Source: Chara braunii (Eukaryota > Plantae > Charophyceae). Taken from it: a DNA stretch of 64,000 bases. The position numbers and the translations under genes were made by a program. The notes below the pieces were generated by a model. The model did not search any database, was not told the DNA's origin, and was given only the letters and a program-made list of their open reading frames with translations. Location: assembly GCA_003427395.1 (NCBI GenBank), contig BFEA01000010.1:1369091-1433090 (forward strand), written 5' to 3'. Below, one piece after another: positions 1 to 11,999 of the stretch; position 1 is the stretch's first letter, and every line of letters starts with the position of its first letter.

Positions 1-455
1 AGGGGAAAGTTCACCGAACTATCACAAGATGAATCGCAACTTACCCAAGCACCCAAATCAGTGCAAACACAAGATTTGAAGTATCAACACAAGGGGAAAG
101 TTCACCGAACTATCACAAGATGAATCGCAATTTACCCAAGCACCCAAATCGGTGAAAAGTCAAGATTTGAAGCATCAACACAAGGGGAAAGTTCACCGAA
201 CTATCATAAGATAAATCGCAACTTACCCGAGCACCCAAATCAGTGCAAACACAAGATTCGAAGCATCAACACAAGGGGAAAGTTCACCGAACTATTATAA
301 GATGAATCGCAACTTACCGAAACACCCAAATCGGTGAAAACTCAAGATTTGAAGCATCAACACTAGGGGAAAGTTCACGGAACTGTCACAAGATAAATCG
401 CAACTTACCCAAGCACCCAAATCAGTGAAAACTCAAGATTTGAAGCATCAACACT
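1..455. repeat. 91-bp tandem satellite (subfamily A), ~5 monomers
   Basis: AGGGGAAAGTTCACCGAACTATCACAAGATGAATCGCAACTTACCCAAGCACCCAAATC... recurs at 1, 92, 183 etc. (period 91). Confidence 0.95.
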
Positions 456-458
456 GAC

Positions 459-750
459 GAAGGAAGAAGAAGGGTTGGGGGTGGTCGAATATGGAGGACG
501 GGCGTGGGTGATGGAGGAGGAAGAAGGGTTGGGGGTGGTCGGCTATGGTGGACGGGTGTGGGTGATGGAGGAAGAAGAAGGGGTGAAGGTGGTTGGCTAT
601 GGTGGACGGGTGTGGGTGATGGAGGAAGAAGAAAGGTTGGGGGTGGTCGGCTATGGTGGACGGGTGTGGGTGATGGAGGAAGAAGAAGGGTTGGAGGTGG
701 TTGGCTATGGGGGCGGGTGTGGGTGATGGAGGGGGAAGAGGGGTTGGAAG
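459..750. repeat. 54-bp purine-rich minisatellite (~5 copies)
   Basis: GTGGGTGATGGAGGAAGAAGAAGGGTTGGGGGTGGTCGGCTATGGTGGACGG repeats; produces the 18-aa periodic ORFs in the track. Confidence 0.9.
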
Positions 751-899
751 TGTTCGAGATTGGAGGAGCGGAGGTGACAGTGAAAGCTTATCGGACACAA
801 CCTAACTTTTAACCCCATGCCCCCTTTCTACCCCGGGCGCCCGACCACCTCATACTATTCTCGGAAGGCGCCGGTCACGTGAAAGAGGAAGCACTGAGT

Positions 900-1668
900 G
901 GGGTTACCGGATTGCAACACACACACCTACTCATACCATAGGTCACCGGTTGCAACAAAGAGTAGGAGTGGGCTGAACAGGTTATCGGGGACTGCAGCAC
1001 ACACACCCACACACACCGGGTATCACTGGTTACAGCAAGGGGTAAGGGTGGACTGAGCAGGTTACCGGGGACTGCAACACAAACACATACACATACCGGG
1101 TGTCGCCGGTTACAGGTAAGGGTGAGGATGGACTGAACCGGTTACCAAAGACTGCGACACACACACACACACACACACATACCGGGTGTCACTGGTTACA
1201 GCAAGGGGTAAAGATTGACTGAACAGGTTACTGGGGACTGCAATACATACACATACACATACTAGGGGTCACTGGGTACAGCAAGGGTAAAAGGTGGACT
1301 GAACAAGTAACGTGGTTCTGCAGCACATACAAATACACATATCGGGGTTCACTGGTCACAACAAGGGGTAAGGATGTACTGAACAGGTTACCGGGGACTG
1401 CAGCACATACACATACACATACCGGGGGTCACTGGGTACAGAAAGGGGCAAAAGGTGGATTGAACAAGTTACTGAGGACTGCAACACATACACATACACA
1501 TACCGGGGGTCACAGGGTCCAGCAAGGACTAAAAGGTGGACTGAACAAGTTACCGGGGATTGCAACACATACACATACACATACCGGGGTTCACTGGGTA
1601 CAGCAAGGGGTAAAGGTGGACTAAACAAGTTACAGGGGACTGCAACACATACACATACACACATTACA
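900..1668. repeat. 80-81 bp tandem repeat with CA-rich tail
   Basis: CCGGGGACTGCAACACATACACATAC-like motif at 1391, 1472, 1553, 1633. Confidence 0.9.
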
Positions 1669-1679
1669 GTCAAATAGCA

Positions 1680-3205
1680 AGATTAAAAGCAATCTGTTTA
1701 GGGTAAAGTTCGCTGAGGCACCCCAAGGCAATTCGCCACTTACACATGCATCAAAAACAGTGAAAGCACAAGTTTGTGATCACCTAATCCAGCGGAAAGT
1801 TCACCGAAGCATCCCAAGGTATTTCGCAACTTACACATGCACCAATTCAGTGGCAACTTAAGATTTGAAGGATCTTTACGAGGGGAAAGATAACCGGAGC
1901 ATCCCAAGATGAATCGCAACTTATCCAAGCTCCCATACGACTGAAAGCATAGGTTTGCAGTATCTTCACAAGGGGAAAATTCACTGAACTATCACAAGAG
2001 GAATCGCAACTTACCCAAGCTCCCAGATTAGTGAAAACACAAGATTTGAAACATCTACACACGGGGAAAATTCACCGAACTATCACAAGATGAATCGCAA
2101 CTTACCCTAGTACCCAAATTAGTGCAAACACAAGATTTGAAGCATCAACACAAGGGGAAAGTTCACCAAACTATTACAAGTTGAATCGCAACTTACCCAA
2201 GCACCGAAATCAGTGAAAACTCAAGATTAAAAGCATCAACACAAGGGGAAAGTTCACCGAACTATCGCAAGATAAATCGCAACTTACCCAAGCACCCAAA
2301 TCAGTGCAAACACAAAATTTGAAGCATTAACACAAAGGGAAAGTTCACCGAACTATCACAAGATGAATCGCAACTTACCCAAGCACCCAAATCAGTGNAA
2401 ACACAAGATTTGAAGCATCAACACAAGGGGAACGTTCACCAAACTATCACAAGATGAATCGCAACTTACCCAAGCACCCAAATCAGTGAAAACTGAAGAT
2501 TTGAAGCATCAATACAAGGGGAAAGTTCACCGAACTATTACAAGATAAATTGCAACTTACCCAAGCACCCAAATGAGTGCAAATACAAGATTTAAAGCAT
2601 CAACACAAAGGGAAAGTTCACCGAACTATCACAAGATGAATCGCAACTTACCCAAGCACCGAAATCAGTAAAAACTCAAGATTTGAAGCATCAACACTAG
2701 GGGAAAGTTCACCGAACTGTCACAAGATAAATCGCAACTTACCCAAGCACCCAAATCAGTGAAAACTCAAGATTTGAAGCATCAACACAAGGGGAAAGTT
2801 CATCGGACTACCACAAGATGAATCGCAACTTACCCAAGCACCCAAATCAGTGAAAACTCAAGATTTGAAGCATCAACACAAGGGGAAAGTTCACCGAACT
2901 GTCACTAGATAAATCGCAACTTACCCAAGCACCCAAATCTGTGAAAACTCAAGATTTGAAGCATCAACACAAGGGGAAAGTTCACCGAACTGTCACAAGA
3001 TGAATCGCAACTTACCCAAGCACCCAAATCAGTGAAAACTCAAGATTTGAAGCATCAGCACAAAGGGAATGTTCTCTGAACTATCACAAGATGAATCGCA
3101 ACTTACCCTAGCACCCAAATCAGTGAAAACACAAGATTTGAAGCATCCACACAAGGGGAAAGTTAACCGAACTATCACAAGATGAATCGCAACTTACCCA
3201 AACAC
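1680..3205. repeat. 91-bp satellite subfamily A (diverged monomers at left edge, homogeneous after ~2050)
   Basis: same monomer as 1-455. Confidence 0.95.
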
Positions 3206-3904
3206 CCAAATCAACAAAATGACAAGTTTGACATCATCTACACTAGGGTAAACATCACCGAAGTATCCCAAGATGAAGTGTTTCACACCCCAGCACCCAA
3301 ATCAACAAAATGTCAAGTTTGACATCATCACTAGGGGAAACATTACCGAAGTATCCCAAGGTGAAGCGCAACACACCTCAGCACCCAAATCAACAAAATG
3401 ACAAGTTTGACATCAACTACACTAGGGGAAACATCACCGAAGTATCCCAAGGTGAAGCGCAACACACCCCAGCNNNNNNNNNNNNNNNNNNNNNNNNNNN
3501 NNNNNNNNNNNNNNNNNNNNNNNNNNNNNNNNNNNNNNNNNNNNNNNNNNNNNNNNNNNNNNNNNNNNNNNNNNNNNNNNNNNNNNNNNNNNNNNNNNNN
3601 NNNNNNNNNNNNNNNNNNNNNNNNNNNNNNNNNNNNNNNNNNNNNNNNNNNNNACATCACCGAAGTATCCCAAAGTGAAGCGCAACACACCCCAGCACCC
3701 AAATCAACAAAATGACAAGTTTGACATCATCTACACTAGGGGAAACATTACCGAAGTATCCCAAGGTGNAGCGCAACACACCCCAACACCCAAATCAACA
3801 AAATGACAGGTTTGACATCATCTACACAAGGGGAAACATCACCGAAGTATCTCAAAGTAAAGCGCAACACACCCCAACACCCAAATCAACAAAATAACAA
3901 GTTT
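3206..3904. repeat. ~91-bp satellite subfamily B (contains an N gap)
   Basis: ACTAGGGGAAACATCACCGAAGTATCCCAAGGTGAAGCGCAACACACCCCAGCACCCAAATCAACAAAATGACAAGTTTGACATC repeats; alignable by eye to subfamily A. Confidence 0.9.
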
Positions 3905-4215
3905 GGCAGTGTCGTGAAAGTGGTCGCGCACTCAGTAAATTTAATTCTTTTTTTATTTTATTTTAATTTTTATTATTAGTATTTTTTCTTCGTATTTTAT
4001 TTTTATTTCAAATTTGGTAAGGAATTTGAATGTAATGCTCAGAAAAATCTTGTTTAATTTATTTTTCTTCATAACACATATTTTTTCAGGTTTTTTTTTT
4101 TTTTTTTTTTTGGGGCCGCGTTTGGACTTAACGGCCGAACTCATCCCCAAGGGATCCCATACGTTCGGGCGTTCGTGTTCAGGCGTTCGGCCCGTCTCGA
4201 ACGCCGGTGACCCTG
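3905..4215 (-). mobile_element. One end of a CAGGG-TIR hAT-like MITE
   Basis: ends ...GTTCGGCCCGTCTCGAACGCCGGTGACCCTG; colinear with ~51455-51785; GTTCGG subterminal repeats. Confidence 0.75.
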
Positions 4216-4334
4216 TGTGTATATATATATATGTGTGTGTGTGTTTGTGTGTGTGTATGTATGTATATATATATGTTTGTGTATATATATATATAATATA
4301 TATAATATATATATCGTCACATATATGTATGTAT

Positions 4335-7300
4335 TAGGGTTTTATAAGCAGATGTGTCACATCCGAATTAATCCTGCTGGTGGCTTACACATGTTTAAGC
4401 ATTCAGTGTTGTTTACCTAGTTGTGTAGATGAGTGATTGCCACTTAGTGAGCCTCTCCTCGTAACCCGAGATGGATCATAATGTTTCGTAAAACTCATCG
4501 AGATTTATTGCGCCATGGTTGATTCTGCAAAAAAAGGAGGGAAAAAACGAGTGAACGAAGGTTGATATATTTAATATCCTTGGGCATTTGTGAGCGTGTT
4601 GTAATACCAACATAGTTATTGTCGTTTTTGTGAGATTATATATATATTTTCCATAATGTCATGATGTATTTTATTACGGGCACGCGGCAGGTCTTTGTGA
4701 TAATAATATCATCTGATAATACATCATGAATCTTGTCATTAAAGAACTTATTAACATGTTAGCGCATTAATTTGAAAAAATTTTAGAGTAAAAAATCGTT
4801 TAGTATCTAGAAACACATGTCTTATAGAATCTATTAGTTGAGAAGGTACGTAAAAGACCATTTTAATTTTTGATTTATTATTATTATTATTATATTATAG
4901 TATTATTTTTATTTTTAATTTTTTATTATTATTTAAATTAACGGATGATAGTCATAAAAAAACTAGTCATGTGGTGAAGATCGGATGATTAAGGTACAAA
5001 TCAGTTTATCATTAGTATCTATTATATAGAGACGTATACCGACCTCATTATGGTGGTTATGAGGGAAGAGTACGATCGAGGTAGCCTCTAGTTGACTGAC
5101 CAATCTATTGTGCAAGAGTTCCGAAGAGGTTGAGCATAGGTAGTGGATTTCGTAACACATTAGCCAAGCGTAAATCTGAATTGCATAAGTATCTTGGAAT
5201 GACGGACGAATCGTGGGGACGGGGATGTACCGTCGATCGTCAGATGTATGGGCTCAGATGAAATTTTTATCGAAAACTATTACTTTATGAAGTAAGAATC
5301 ATTAATTATGTTCTGAGGAAGGGGTTAGTAGGGTCATGTCTCTAGGTTATACTTTGAAAGGTATGTATGTACAAACCATAGTTTATAAATTGTAGGAGAC
5401 TTATATCAAGCGTAGATCGGGGAATCAATATTTATGTACATGTATGTATATACACACTGCAATGTCCCGAGGAATGTCGGCCGGTTTGTGGAGGTTTTGT
5501 CTTCTTTGACATCCTTTATTACCACTATGTAGAACGTTGGACTCATATCGAAGGTGGGTTGTTCAAAAAGAAAAACATATAGAAAGAGATTACACAGGGT
5601 TTTGAGATAATGGTGAATTAACATCCACAGGGGTAGCAATTGAAGCCACTATATAATTCGCGGCACAAGCTTAGTCCAATGACTTGCTTTTCGTGTCTCA
5701 TAAAAAATTATTATGAAAGTAGATACATTCGTCAAGAGGTAACACCAGTGTTAGTGATGTTTTTTTGCAAAGAAAAATAATTGCACATATTTTTGTTTGT
5801 AAGTTCTGGTTCAATTATTTTTTAATGTTTTTTTTTTTTCTATCGACAGTATGTAGTGTATAGTAGATCCTAATTAGGGTAAAAAAGAAGTATGTTGCAA
5901 TGTATCGCTATACGTGTTAGTAATTCATTATATAAGTTATTAGGAGCTTTAATATCATGCACCAACCTCTGCAATAATTTTTCGTGGTGTTTTGTAAACA
6001 AATACGCAAACTTTATGAACACTAATATTCATGTCTTTGTCCAGGCTAAATAATCTGTCAGGGTCGCAGTTTAAGAAGAGCAAAGAATACATCATATTAG
6101 GGTCGAAAAAAAGTATGTTGTGACGTATCACCATACATGTTAGTAATTAATTGTATCAGTTACATGCACCAGTCTTTGAAATAAGTTTTCGTAATGTTTT
6201 GTAAAAAATGCTCGAAATTTAGAAAAGTTAATATTCATATATTCGTTCAGGCTGAGTGATCTGCCACGGTCGTAGTTTAAAAAGTGCAAAAAGTAGCAGA
6301 TTGTCCGTAATGGTTGATTTTAGGGTTTCATTGTTGCGCACATATTATCTTATTCATATAGATAAAGAGTTTGTTATTATTAGCATAGGCGAATTAGGTG
6401 GATAGGTGAAGCTATTGTTTCGAGATGCAGAGGAATGAAGGAATGGTCAACAGAAAAATTATGCAAATTTTGTCATAAACAATCTGTATGTAAAAAAACG
6501 AGCTCGGATGAAAAGTCTTAAGACATTTTTTTTAACGAAAGATGAAACAAGTAATATAGGGGAAAAAAACATATACCCGCATTGTAGTACGACTGAAAAA
6601 CATAAGGATATAATACTTACCATGAAGGCGTTGGAACCGACGAGTAGCAATAGGGATGCTTATTTGAATTTTGGATCTTTATACGACGGTTGCACAATGT
6701 TATGTATGAGTATGGGCGGCTTAGGAAATGTAGAGAGATATTTTTGAGGGACTACTCTTATATTTGTTTCTGAAGGTTCGCTTATGCCACTATAGAGGAT
6801 AGATTGGAAATCACTAAATCTTAATTGTGAGTATATCAATCATTTTGCATATCAAAGTAAAAAATATGAATGCATCTATAATTTTACTAGTGCAGGGCTA
6901 ACATCATTGTCATTGAGATATAATTCTAAGCATAGTTTTTTTTTACCACTTACGTATAACCATAGTGCAGTGGTGATTAGAAAAGAAGCTAGGCAATTTG
7001 AGAATTACATCACTTGGTAAGGATTTGCGAGGTATAGTTTTTTGTGGAAGTAAGGATCATCGCGTATGGTAGTCCTCACGATGCATCTCAACAGAGATCA
7101 GAGAATGTTATGCTTTGACTAAGAATTTATTGTTGTTGCGTTAATTTGCATAATGTCCAATACCCGCAGAGAGTTGGCGTTTCTAAGCATATCAAAAACT
7201 AAAATTACATGTCAGGAAACATTCATCATGACATCATTGTTTTGAGTAGTAAACGGAAAAGTAATAATATTAGTAGTAGTGCAGTATACACTAGCGTGTT

Positions 7301-9560
7301 TGTCTATGCGTTAGTAAGAGCGTTTCGAGGAATTTACACTTTTCAGAAGTGTAAAATTTATGCAAACTTACGTCGAGGCAATAACTTTAGGGGATTATTG
7401 ACGAGGCGAATAGTCGTCGTCATTAAATGTTTGGTGAATTACGATAAAAGAAGAACAACTTATCGTAAAATTGTAGTGGAAGTTTCGTTTCTTATCTAGG
7501 GAACTATTCGTCATGATAAAACAGGCAGGGTGTACGGGACGTGTGACTATTACTAAGGATGTTACAAATTGTCTGTGTGTGAATATGCACGGAAATGTAT
7601 TAACATAATAGTATCGTATTCGTGAGGGGGTTGAAGTTAAATGCAGCATGTATGCGGGATTAAAAAATATATATGTGTACTTTAGTTGTACGTAGTAGTA
7701 GTATGAATTTATGTGCACTGATGTATATATATTAGCGCAATGTTGTTTGTGTTTGTAAATATATATCGGGTGAAGGGTTGGGGGAGTCAGGAGGGGGATG
7801 GAGGGGGGCTTAGGGTGGGTGTGGAGAGGGTATAGAGAGGAGAGGAAATGTTAGTATGCTTCCCTGCTGATAGGTTAGGATTGCAATAATACGTAGGGCA
7901 AGATATAAGGTCAGTCAGCAAGGGAATTGCCTCTTGCTTAGCAACAGGATAAAATATTCGGGAGTGTGTGTAGTGGGTGTGTAAAACATGGCCACCCCGT
8001 ATGCAATGGGGAACCAGACCATTAATTTGTTCATACGTAGTATTACACCAAGTTGACAGTAGGCTAAACATAGCTTGGGTTAGAGGGTGGTCATCAACTC
8101 CGTAGGAGGATGCATGAAGGGTTAATAGGGTGAGAGAGAGAGAGAGAGAGAGATCAAATTAGAGGTTAGGCTGATGTTAGAGATGGTTATCGGAGACAGC
8201 AATAGGCTGGGTGCACGCCCTAAAGCGCGCTTTTCACTGCCTAGCACCCATAGCAGTTCATTAGAGGATCAGGTTATAGTCTCTCATTAGATTAAATTAT
8301 AGAAGGGTATAGAGTTAAGGTGTATGATGTTACGGACACTCGAAGGGAGTTATCGTCTTACCTGAAGGTGGAACGTTTCAGAGGATGTGGCATCCCCGAG
8401 TGAAGCCATTGACACTTGACTGTAGAAAATAACTCCTGCAACAATTAGCGCTCGCAACACTTCTGCCTGAGTGTGTGTTAGGTGCAAGATCACCTACGAG
8501 TGTCTGTTCGTGTGCACGGGTAGAAAGTAGATCCCGTGTCTTGGTGGTGAGGGGAATGAGATGAGATAGTTACAGATTGTGTGCCTCCAGTGCGTCGTAA
8601 GCAAGAGAGGGAAAGTCCCGTATTGTCGGTGAGATCGCACGCAATGCTATGGTCGATAGCGGAGCAGGCTAACTCCATTGTATATAGTTGTGTGAGGTCG
8701 CAACATTTAGGTAAGGCGATGGAAGGGGTAATGAGGAAGGCATATTTTGGGTTTGTTTTCTTGTGGGGTTTGCTTTTATTTTTTGGAGGAAAATTTGGTT
8801 TCTTGTCATTTGACGTGGTGGAAGGGAATAGCATTTTCGGTCGTGGCTACTGAGGTCGGAAGGTCTGTATCTGCGTGTACGTTTGTATGGGTTATGGTGT
8901 GCGTAGATATGGTCCTAGTGTGTAGCTTACAATTAGTCAGTAAGCAATGGTATAGTGAGAATTGCAGCTAACTAGTCTTTCAGTGACTTTGTACGACCTA
9001 TATTATAGTATTAATTCCGTAATGTAATTTGTCCTTATTTGACGTGTCAATATACTTGGAAGTATCTCTCGAGTGTTTGCCTTTCTGAAACTATTTTTTG
9101 TGGGGTGTTTTTGAGGCGGTGTTGTCATTTATGTTTACCATTCCGTCATCATATGTGTCTCTTCGTCTTTTTTGTTTTTTTGTTTTCGCGTTATTTCATT
9201 TTTGTTCGTTTTTTTGTGTGTGGTGGACTTACACAATAGCGGAGTGATAGTAGTCTAATTAGTGTTTTAGTGTATTAGCGCTTACTCATGTTGAGGCGTA
9301 TTTTTCACAATGTGATTTGTCCTGTCCCATCGTGTCAATTTGCTTGGAAGTGTACCACGAGTTTTTGTCTATCCAAAAAGTCATTTTCCTTAGGGTGTTA
9401 CTAAGTCTGTGTCGGGGTGTGCATCCCATAATTTTATGTTTTTTTATAGACGTTAGCGTATATTTCGCAGAGGGGGGGGTTGTATTGTAGAAGTTGGGTT
9501 CTTGCGACGCTATCGGCTAGCAGTAACCTTCGTTGTGGAAAAAAATCAAGTACGACAAAA
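4335..9560 (-). mobile_element. Highly decayed Penelope-like retroelement, probably the same family as 52050-58334
   Basis: minus-strand remnants match the 55993-58098 copy in order: FALFKLRPWQITQPE vs FREFNLHEWIDQQPE (~6250-6300), VDVNSPLS vs ADVISSPLA (~5610), YI*R...YLCN vs YIWKQ...ILCN (~5180-5250); possible GIY-YIG remnant YIFFNP (~7660). Boundaries approximate. Confidence 0.5.
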
Positions 9561-9899
9561 AAAACCCTTTTCACTTTTCTTTTCTTTTCTTTTCTTATTT
9601 TTAATATTTTGTCGATTTGTAAATAATATTGTTTTGTTGTTTAATGCTTAGCTTTTATTTTATTATATTATTATTTTTATTTTATTTTTTAATTTTAATT
9701 AATTTATTTAATTTATTTATTTTATTTATATTCTAATATTTATATTTTTATTTTTATTTTTTTATTATTATTTGAATTATTTGATTTTTTTATTTTTTAA
9801 TTTATTATTTGAATTATTAATGTTTTTATTAATTTTTTATTTTATTATATTATATTAATTATAATTATTTATTATTATTATTTTTTTTAATATTATTAT

Positions 9900-9992
9900 C
9901 AGGGTTGCCAGCGTTCGGGATGGGCCGAACACCCGAACGCCCGAACGTTCGGCACCCCCTCTCGACTCGTTCGGACGTTCGGCCGAACGCGG

Positions 9993-10028
<36 letters not shown>

Positions 10029-10654
10029 AAAAAATCGAAAAAATATATATGTGATGTAAAAGAATAAACTAAACAACTTTTGCTTCAACAATATATCCAA
10101 ATTCGTTACCAGATTTGAAATAAAAATCAAATACGAAAAATAAATAATATTACTAAAAATAAGAAAAAAAAAAACCAGAATGAAATTATTACGTGGGCAC
10201 GAATGTTTTTGACATCGCCATCTTTGGCGATTTTTTATTTTTTTTTGGCTTTTTCAAATGCCATGAAATTTTACACATATGTATCTTACATAATATACAA
10301 CTTATAAATAAAGTTTGAAAAAATAATCATTGTTTTCATGCCCCGAAATAAAAGGAAAACAAAAAGTGAAAAGAGAAGAAAAACAAATTGATAAGTGGGC
10401 AAGCAAGTTTTGACACCACCATCTTTGCGGACTTTTCATTATTTTTGGGCTTCACAGAATGCCTTGAAAATTTACAGGCAGGTAGCTTACATAACCAAGA
10501 GCTCACAAAAAAAAATTCAGAAAACAATAATAATTGTTAGGTACCAAAATAAGTTTTGGCAGGGTCCGAACCCCTCCGAGAGCACGGGGCCCCGAACACC
10601 CAAACGTTCGGGGGTCAGCTTAGGGGCCTCCGTACATTCGGCCTGACAACCCTG
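9900..10654 (+). mobile_element. hAT-like MITE, TIR CAGGGTTG(C/T)CAG, 8-bp TSD ATTATTAT
   Basis: starts CAGGGTTGCCAG, ends CTGACAACCCTG; ATTATTAT at 9892-9899 and 10655-10662; CCGAAC/GTTCGG subterminal repeats. Confidence 0.85.
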
Positions 10655-10669
10655 ATTATTATTTTAAAA

Positions 10670-10700
<31 letters not shown>

Positions 10701-10823
10701 TTCTTCTTCTTCTTATTTATTTATTTATTTATTTATGTTACTTCTAGTTTTAGTTTTTAATTTTTAATTCAATTATATTTATATTTTGTATTTTTTATTT
10801 TCTTATTATGCGTATGATTGTTA

Positions 10824-10896
10824 GTGTGTATATGTGTGCGTGTGTGCGTGTGTGTGTGCGTGCATGTGTGTGTGTTTATGTGTGTGTGTGTGTGTG

Positions 10897-10975
<79 letters not shown>
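10824..10975. repeat. (TG)n-(AG)n compound microsatellite
   Basis: direct reading. Confidence 0.95.
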
Positions 10976-10978
<3 letters not shown>

Positions 10979-11559
10979 CATCGATAGAATGAGCAACGCA
11001 CCGGCCAACATGTAAGTCTCGAATCCCGCTGCCGCCCTCACGCTTCTTCCATTGATAGGATGAGCAAAATTGAATGAATCTTCCGCTAGAGCATCGAAAT
11101 ATACATTACTACACATGTAAGTGTGTGTGTGCATGTGCGGGGTGGGGCGGAAGGGGGGGCGACTGCTCCCCCACCAATCAAGTAATCAATCAATCAATCA
11201 ATCAACGGAAAAAAAAAAAAACGAAAAAAACAGCTCGTAGCCTCGTNNNNNNNNNNNNNNNNNNNNNNNNNNNNNNNNNNNNNNNNNNNNNNNNNNNTAA
11301 AACAAACAACTTTTGCATTGAGGGTATGTTCAAATTCGTAACCAATCTCGAGTTAAAAAAAAAAAAAAAAAAAAAAAAAGATTGTTTTTTATTAATTTTG
11401 CGAAAAAAAAAAAAAAAAAAAAAAAAACTTCGTTGGCTATTTAATTTTTTTTTTTTTTTTATTCTCTCCTCTACCCCCCCCCCCCCCCCCTGAATTTTTT
11501 TCTTTTTCTTTTTTTTTGACGGGGTGGGTCGCGGTTTACGCAGCCCCAATCCACTTCCG

Positions 11560-11590
11560 TTATACACATCTAGATGTGTATAAGAGACAG
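11560..11590. other. Nextera mate-pair junction adapter (Tn5 mosaic ends), assembly artefact
   Basis: TTATACACATCT-AGATGTGTATAAGAGACAG; flanking sequence ~11500-11558 is duplicated at ~11650-11709. Confidence 0.95.
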
Positions 11591-11999
11591 CCACTGATCC
11601 CAGTTCGCTGAGACAAGTCCGCCACGTATTCTCTTTTCTTTTCTTCTTTTTCTTTTTCTTTTTTTTTGACGGGGTGGGTCGCGGTTTACGCAGCCCCAAT
11701 CCACTTCCGAACCCCCCCCCATGCCCCCCCACTGACCGCCACACAGCCGTGCGGCCATGACCGTCCACGACCGCCTCCGTGGGAGATTCATAGCTTGTCG
11801 CTCCGTCCGCTTGATTGGACCTGAAATCCAACTTGAGTGGGTGTTTCAACAACATCAAACGGGGCGACATGGTTGGATTGGTAGGACCTTTAACAACTAT
11901 TTTTTTTTAAGGCGTACTTACACTATGACTTACATATTCCTAGACGGAATTGCGACCAAACACATCTAGGACAGGTCGTGATGAGGTGAGGTGCTTTTC

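Noticed and set aside
448-812. Repetitive ORFs in three frames
   Set aside because: A by-product of a stop-free 54-bp minisatellite; no evidence of a gene.
1-3904. CRISPR-like regular repeats
   Set aside because: Monomers are contiguous with no unique spacers, there are no cas genes, and the context is eukaryotic: a satellite.
7787-8071. YEQING resembling a PLE RT motif
   Set aside because: It lacks the following MG..SP and lies far from the other RT remnants; probably chance.
10985-11040. tRNA/SINE-like TCGAATCCC B-box
   Set aside because: No cloverleaf or convincing A-box. The same applies to GGTTCAAAACCC on the minus strand near 37520.
11202-11870. 222-aa Lys/Phe-rich ORF
   Set aside because: Built from homopolymers, Ns and the Nextera adapter.
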